Assembly: GCA_964584035.1 (NCBI GenBank)
Contig: CAZOYL010000039.1
Coordinates: forward strand, 1 to 19,602
Reading direction: 5' to 3'
DNA length: 19,602 bases
Source of the DNA: an uncultured Gemmatimonadota bacterium
Lineage (GTDB): Bacteria > SM23-81
Each line of letters begins with the position of its first letter. The stretch's first letter is position 1. The notes under the pieces are model-generated. The model worked only from the letters and a program-made list of their open reading frames with translations. It did not search any database and was not told where the DNA came from. Shown piece after piece: positions 16,559-19,602 of the stretch. The translations under genes were made by a program, and so were the position numbers.

Positions 16559-18565
16559 ATGGTAAGAATGCCTTCCATCCCGCTGCACCGGCCGCTGCGA
16601 TGTTTCATCCCGACATTTCTCTGCGCCGCGCTCTGTATTCTCTCCACGGTGTTTGCCCGCGCCACGGACGGCGGGGCGCAGGAGAACATCTCTTTCTACC
16701 ATGATGTTATCGATACCCTTGAGGTAGTCGATAGTCTTGATGACCATTCATCGGTAGAGATGAGAAGAAGTGAAATTCAGCTGGATCCAGCCTGTTTGTA
16801 TCAGGATGTCTGCAAACATACCCTGGCCACAAAACCATTGGTTCATACCTATGGGCCTTTCTCGGCGCAGCTCTCCGTGAATGGTTTCAGGCCCGGAGAT
16901 ATCATCAGCAGGGTGGACAATGTGCTGCCGCTTTATAAAAGAGACAGCTATCACAATCTTTTCACTCTACCCCGGACGGATATTTTCCGAGCGAGATTGC
17001 ACAGAAGAGGTTTTCCAGCTTTTGATCTGACGACTGATCCCAGAGAGGGACACGGAGTATCGCTGGGGTTGCTCGATTTAAGTGCTTTCACCAATTTACG
17101 GTTATCTTCTGTCAACTGTTTCCAGCTCACTCGCATATCTTGGCTGGATCAGGTCATGAGGAGATGGTATGATGAGAAGTATTCCGTCTTTCCCTCATTT
17201 GAAGAGTATTTTCTAAAGATCCGCTCCAACGCTCCCGCAAAGCTTGGGCCCGAGCTGAATTTTTGGTTTGTGGATCAAGATTCGTATTTTGAAACCAGTC
17301 AGTTCGACGATGTCATCGAGGAAGGCAAAGAAACCTATCATACCGGCGCCCGTTGGAAGAGCAATAGCAGATCGGCGGCCGCATGGTATCTGCATCGTCT
17401 TTTGGTAAAAGATTCATTTATCACCACGGGATGGTCGCTCTCTTATACCAGAAGAAAGGATCTTGCCAGGGGGAAAAGCGGGCTCCTGTCGGAAGAGCCC
17501 ACCGATCTGGATTCCCATCTGTATTTCTTGACCCTCGACGCCAATGCCGTCCTGGAGGCGTTTACGTACACCAGCGGGCTGGAGATTCACCACGGAATCA
17601 TTGCTGGCCGGACGGTCAATAGAATGAAAGTTGACAGCCAGGGCATGTATTATCCGTCCATCTACGTCCAACAACGGGGAGATGAGTATACGCCAGATGA
17701 ATTGATGCAGGTCGATTTCAGGACAGGAGCTTTTAGATATGAGTCCTGGATTCGCATTAAAAAGGACATCTCCCGAACGAGCTTTCATCTCGGCTTGAAT
17801 TGTCTTTATCGGGATCGTTTTCCTTTAGCTCTGGGTCCTGAGATCGGTCTCGATTATACATTTGGGGTGGGAAAGCTGATTTTGGCCGTGAAACGGTCAC
17901 AGCGTTTTCCTGTCGCCGAGAGAGCGCACGTCACTATGTATCCTCTGGAAGGATCGAGGGTGGAGATCAACGACAGCGTCAACCTTGGCTTCGAAAGCTC
18001 GTTGTTGAGCTTCTCCGCCTTCTTCGCGAAACTCTACGATCTGTTCGATCCGGTCGATGAAAACGCGCTGTTCGAGGGTGAATACGCCGATGGATTTTCT
18101 ACCGGATTTGAGTGTATCATCAAGAAGAGGATATCCATACTCGATGTTCACCTCGGTTACGGTTATGGTGCATCGTACTTGAAAAGAGAGGGGATCGGTT
18201 ATCCCTCGGTATATGATCCGGGCAGGAAGGGGATCTGTCGACTTCACCTGCGCTTCTGCGACAGCTTCGTACTCAGCCTGTCCGGCGACTGTAGCCAGGG
18301 CCAGCGGATCACGCCGCTGTTGGGGAGAGAGGAAACGGAAAGAGGATATCAACCGATCTGGGGACAGCCGAATTCCATCCGCCTGCCCCTTAGCTGGGGA
18401 GTGAGCATCGGAACCACGGTCAGATTGAGTCGCCGCTTTGAAGTTTCTCTTTATGCGAATGATATTCCCGGGAGAAAATTCGCCGTCGTCTACGATGATT
18501 GGCACCACAAGAATTTTGTTAAGACTCCCTGGTATGGCGGACTGAAGGTCGGGTATGATTTCTAA
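16559..18565 (+). CDS. Divergent TonB-dependent-receptor-like outer-membrane beta-barrel protein
   Basis: Signal-peptide-like segment (RCFIPTFLCAALCILSTVFARA), TonB-box-like IDTLEVV, plug-like AQLSVNGFRPGDIISRVDNVLPLY..YH, alternating amphipathic strands, and C-terminal beta-signal GGLKVGYDF. The start is uncertain (TTG 16520, ATG 16559 or ATG 16568). Confidence 0.65.
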   Translation: MVRMPSIPLHRPLRCFIPTFLCAALCILSTVFARATDGGAQENISFYHDVIDTLEVVDSLDDHSSVEMRRSEIQLDPACLYQDVCKHTLATKPLVHTYGPFSAQLSVNGFRPGDIISRVDNVLPLYKRDSYHNLFTLPRTDIFRARLHRRGFPAFDLTTDPREGHGVSLGLLDLSAFTNLRLSSVNCFQLTRISWLDQVMRRWYDEKYSVFPSFEEYFLKIRSNAPAKLGPELNFWFVDQDSYFETSQFDDVIEEGKETYHTGARWKSNSRSAAAWYLHRLLVKDSFITTGWSLSYTRRKDLARGKSGLLSEEPTDLDSHLYFLTLDANAVLEAFTYTSGLEIHHGIIAGRTVNRMKVDSQGMYYPSIYVQQRGDEYTPDELMQVDFRTGAFRYESWIRIKKDISRTSFHLGLNCLYRDRFPLALGPEIGLDYTFGVGKLILAVKRSQRFPVAERAHVTMYPLEGSRVEINDSVNLGFESSLLSFSAFFAKLYDLFDPVDENALFEGEYADGFSTGFECIIKKRISILDVHLGYGYGASYLKREGIGYPSVYDPGRKGICRLHLRFCDSFVLSLSGDCSQGQRITPLLGREETERGYQPIWGQPNSIRLPLSWGVSIGTTVRLSRRFEVSLYANDIPGRKFAVVYDDWHHKNFVKTPWYGGLKVGYDF

Positions 18566-18684
18566 AGCGCCCTTTGATCTCTTCCGGATGACAGCGCTGC
18601 TCGTGTTTCTGTTATGACGGGCGGTCACGTGAGGCGTCTCCCACAACGCGGTCTTTCGCCGTATCGATTCACTTTAAAAAACAC

Positions 18685-18713
18685 TTGCCTTCAAATGGGT
18701 TTTTGGTGATATT
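18685..18713 (+). promoter_or_regulatory. Possible promoter for tRNA-Arg
   Basis: TTGCCT (18685-90), a 17-nt spacer, then GATATT (18708-13), with an A-tract upstream. Confidence 0.45.
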
Positions 18714-18745
18714 TAACGGCTAGTGAATCAAGCCTGGCTCCTTGT

Positions 18746-18819
18746 GCCCCCGTAGCTCAGGTGGACAGAGCAAGGGATTCCTAATCCCTGCGTCGCCCGT
18801 TCGAATCGGGCCGGGGGTA
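18746..18819 (+). tRNA. tRNA-Arg(CCT)
   Basis: Acceptor stem GCCCCCG/CGGGGGT, D-arm GCTC-AGGTGGACA-GAGC with the A20 arginine identity base, anticodon arm AGGGA-TT CCT AA-TCCCT, T-arm GCCCG-TTCGAAT-CGGGC. CCA is not encoded. Confidence 0.95.
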
Positions 18820-18856
18820 CTGAATCCTTTTAAATCGTTATAAAACAGAGGGTTAA

Positions 18857-19552
18857 ATGATGGCAAAGATGGCAAAAAAGAAGAGAAGAATCACTAAGCG
18901 TGATCTCAAAGAGGACCAGTTTGTCACCACTGCGCTGCGTATGACTTCCTGGGTAAGAGAACATCAGAATATCGTCCTGGCAGGGGCCGCCATCGTGGTT
19001 GTGGTGGCCATCCTGGCCACCGTGATCTCCACCAGCCGGAGCCGGAGCCGAGATGCATCCGACAGTCTTTTAGGCCAGGTCGAGATGCTTTATAGCCAGG
19101 GACTATATGACCGTGTCATCGAGCAGGCTCAGATGCTGGTAGACCAGTATGGCGGCACTCAGGAGGCCGGACTGGCCGTATTCTATATGGCTGACAGCCG
19201 GATGAAAATGGAACGTTACGACGAGGCTCTGGCGGCCTATCAGATCTACATTGAAGACTATCATCGCGATAAGACCCTGACGGCCGCCTCATACACCGGC
19301 ATGGCCGCCTGCTACGAGCAGCTGGAGGACTTTTCCCAGGCCGGCCAGAGCTATTTACAGACGGCTCAAAAAGTTCCTCACTATTATGGATCTCCTGAGG
19401 CACTGATGAATGCCGGACGATGTTTTTCCAGGGCCGGCGAGATCGAGAAGGCCAAGGAATCCTACCGTCTGTTGATCGAGAACTATTCTGAGAGTCGTTT
19501 TCTGTCCGAGGCTCAGATGGAGTTAGCCACCTTAGAAACTACATCATCATAG
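18857..19552 (+). CDS. Membrane-anchored tetratricopeptide-repeat protein (YfgM/CpoB-like)
   Basis: Basic N-terminus (KKKRRITKRDLKEDQFV), one TM helix (IVLAGAAIVVVVAILATVI), then TPR-like repeats (AVFYMADSRMKMERYDEALAAY, ALMNAGRCFSRAGEIEKAKESY). SD GAGGG. Confidence 0.85.
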   Translation: MMAKMAKKKRRITKRDLKEDQFVTTALRMTSWVREHQNIVLAGAAIVVVVAILATVISTSRSRSRDASDSLLGQVEMLYSQGLYDRVIEQAQMLVDQYGGTQEAGLAVFYMADSRMKMERYDEALAAYQIYIEDYHRDKTLTAASYTGMAACYEQLEDFSQAGQSYLQTAQKVPHYYGSPEALMNAGRCFSRAGEIEKAKESYRLLIENYSESRFLSEAQMELATLETTSS

Positions 19553-19602
19553 GGGCTTTAACGGGGCAATAATAGAGTTACATATATAAAGGAGAGCATC
19601 GC

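Overview
GC-rich bacterial chromosomal window, with every supported gene on the + strand. A protein carrying a Por/T9SS-type C-terminal domain suggests an FCB-group or related lineage (inference). Gene order: 3' part of a MerR-family regulator; tRNA-Pro(GGG) and its terminator; a two-gene exported-protein cassette; GT2 glycosyltransferase-surE-pcm-COG2426 membrane protein-tRNA-Pro(CGG)-LOG family-acyP-apt; an 8-gene shikimate-to-tyrosine operon (chorismate mutase/prephenate dehydrogenase, aroE, aroC, aroK, aroB, aroQ, aroF, aroA); a divergent, lower-GC TonB-dependent-receptor-like gene; tRNA-Arg(CCT); and a membrane-anchored TPR protein. The main discovery is the leader of the aromatic operon (8320-8617). 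It has a consensus promoter, a leader ORF with 7 Tyr codons in 11, and mutually exclusive protector, antiterminator and terminator helices. This looks like a tyrosine-sensing, ribosome-mediated transcription attenuator. All calls come from manual reading, with no database searches.
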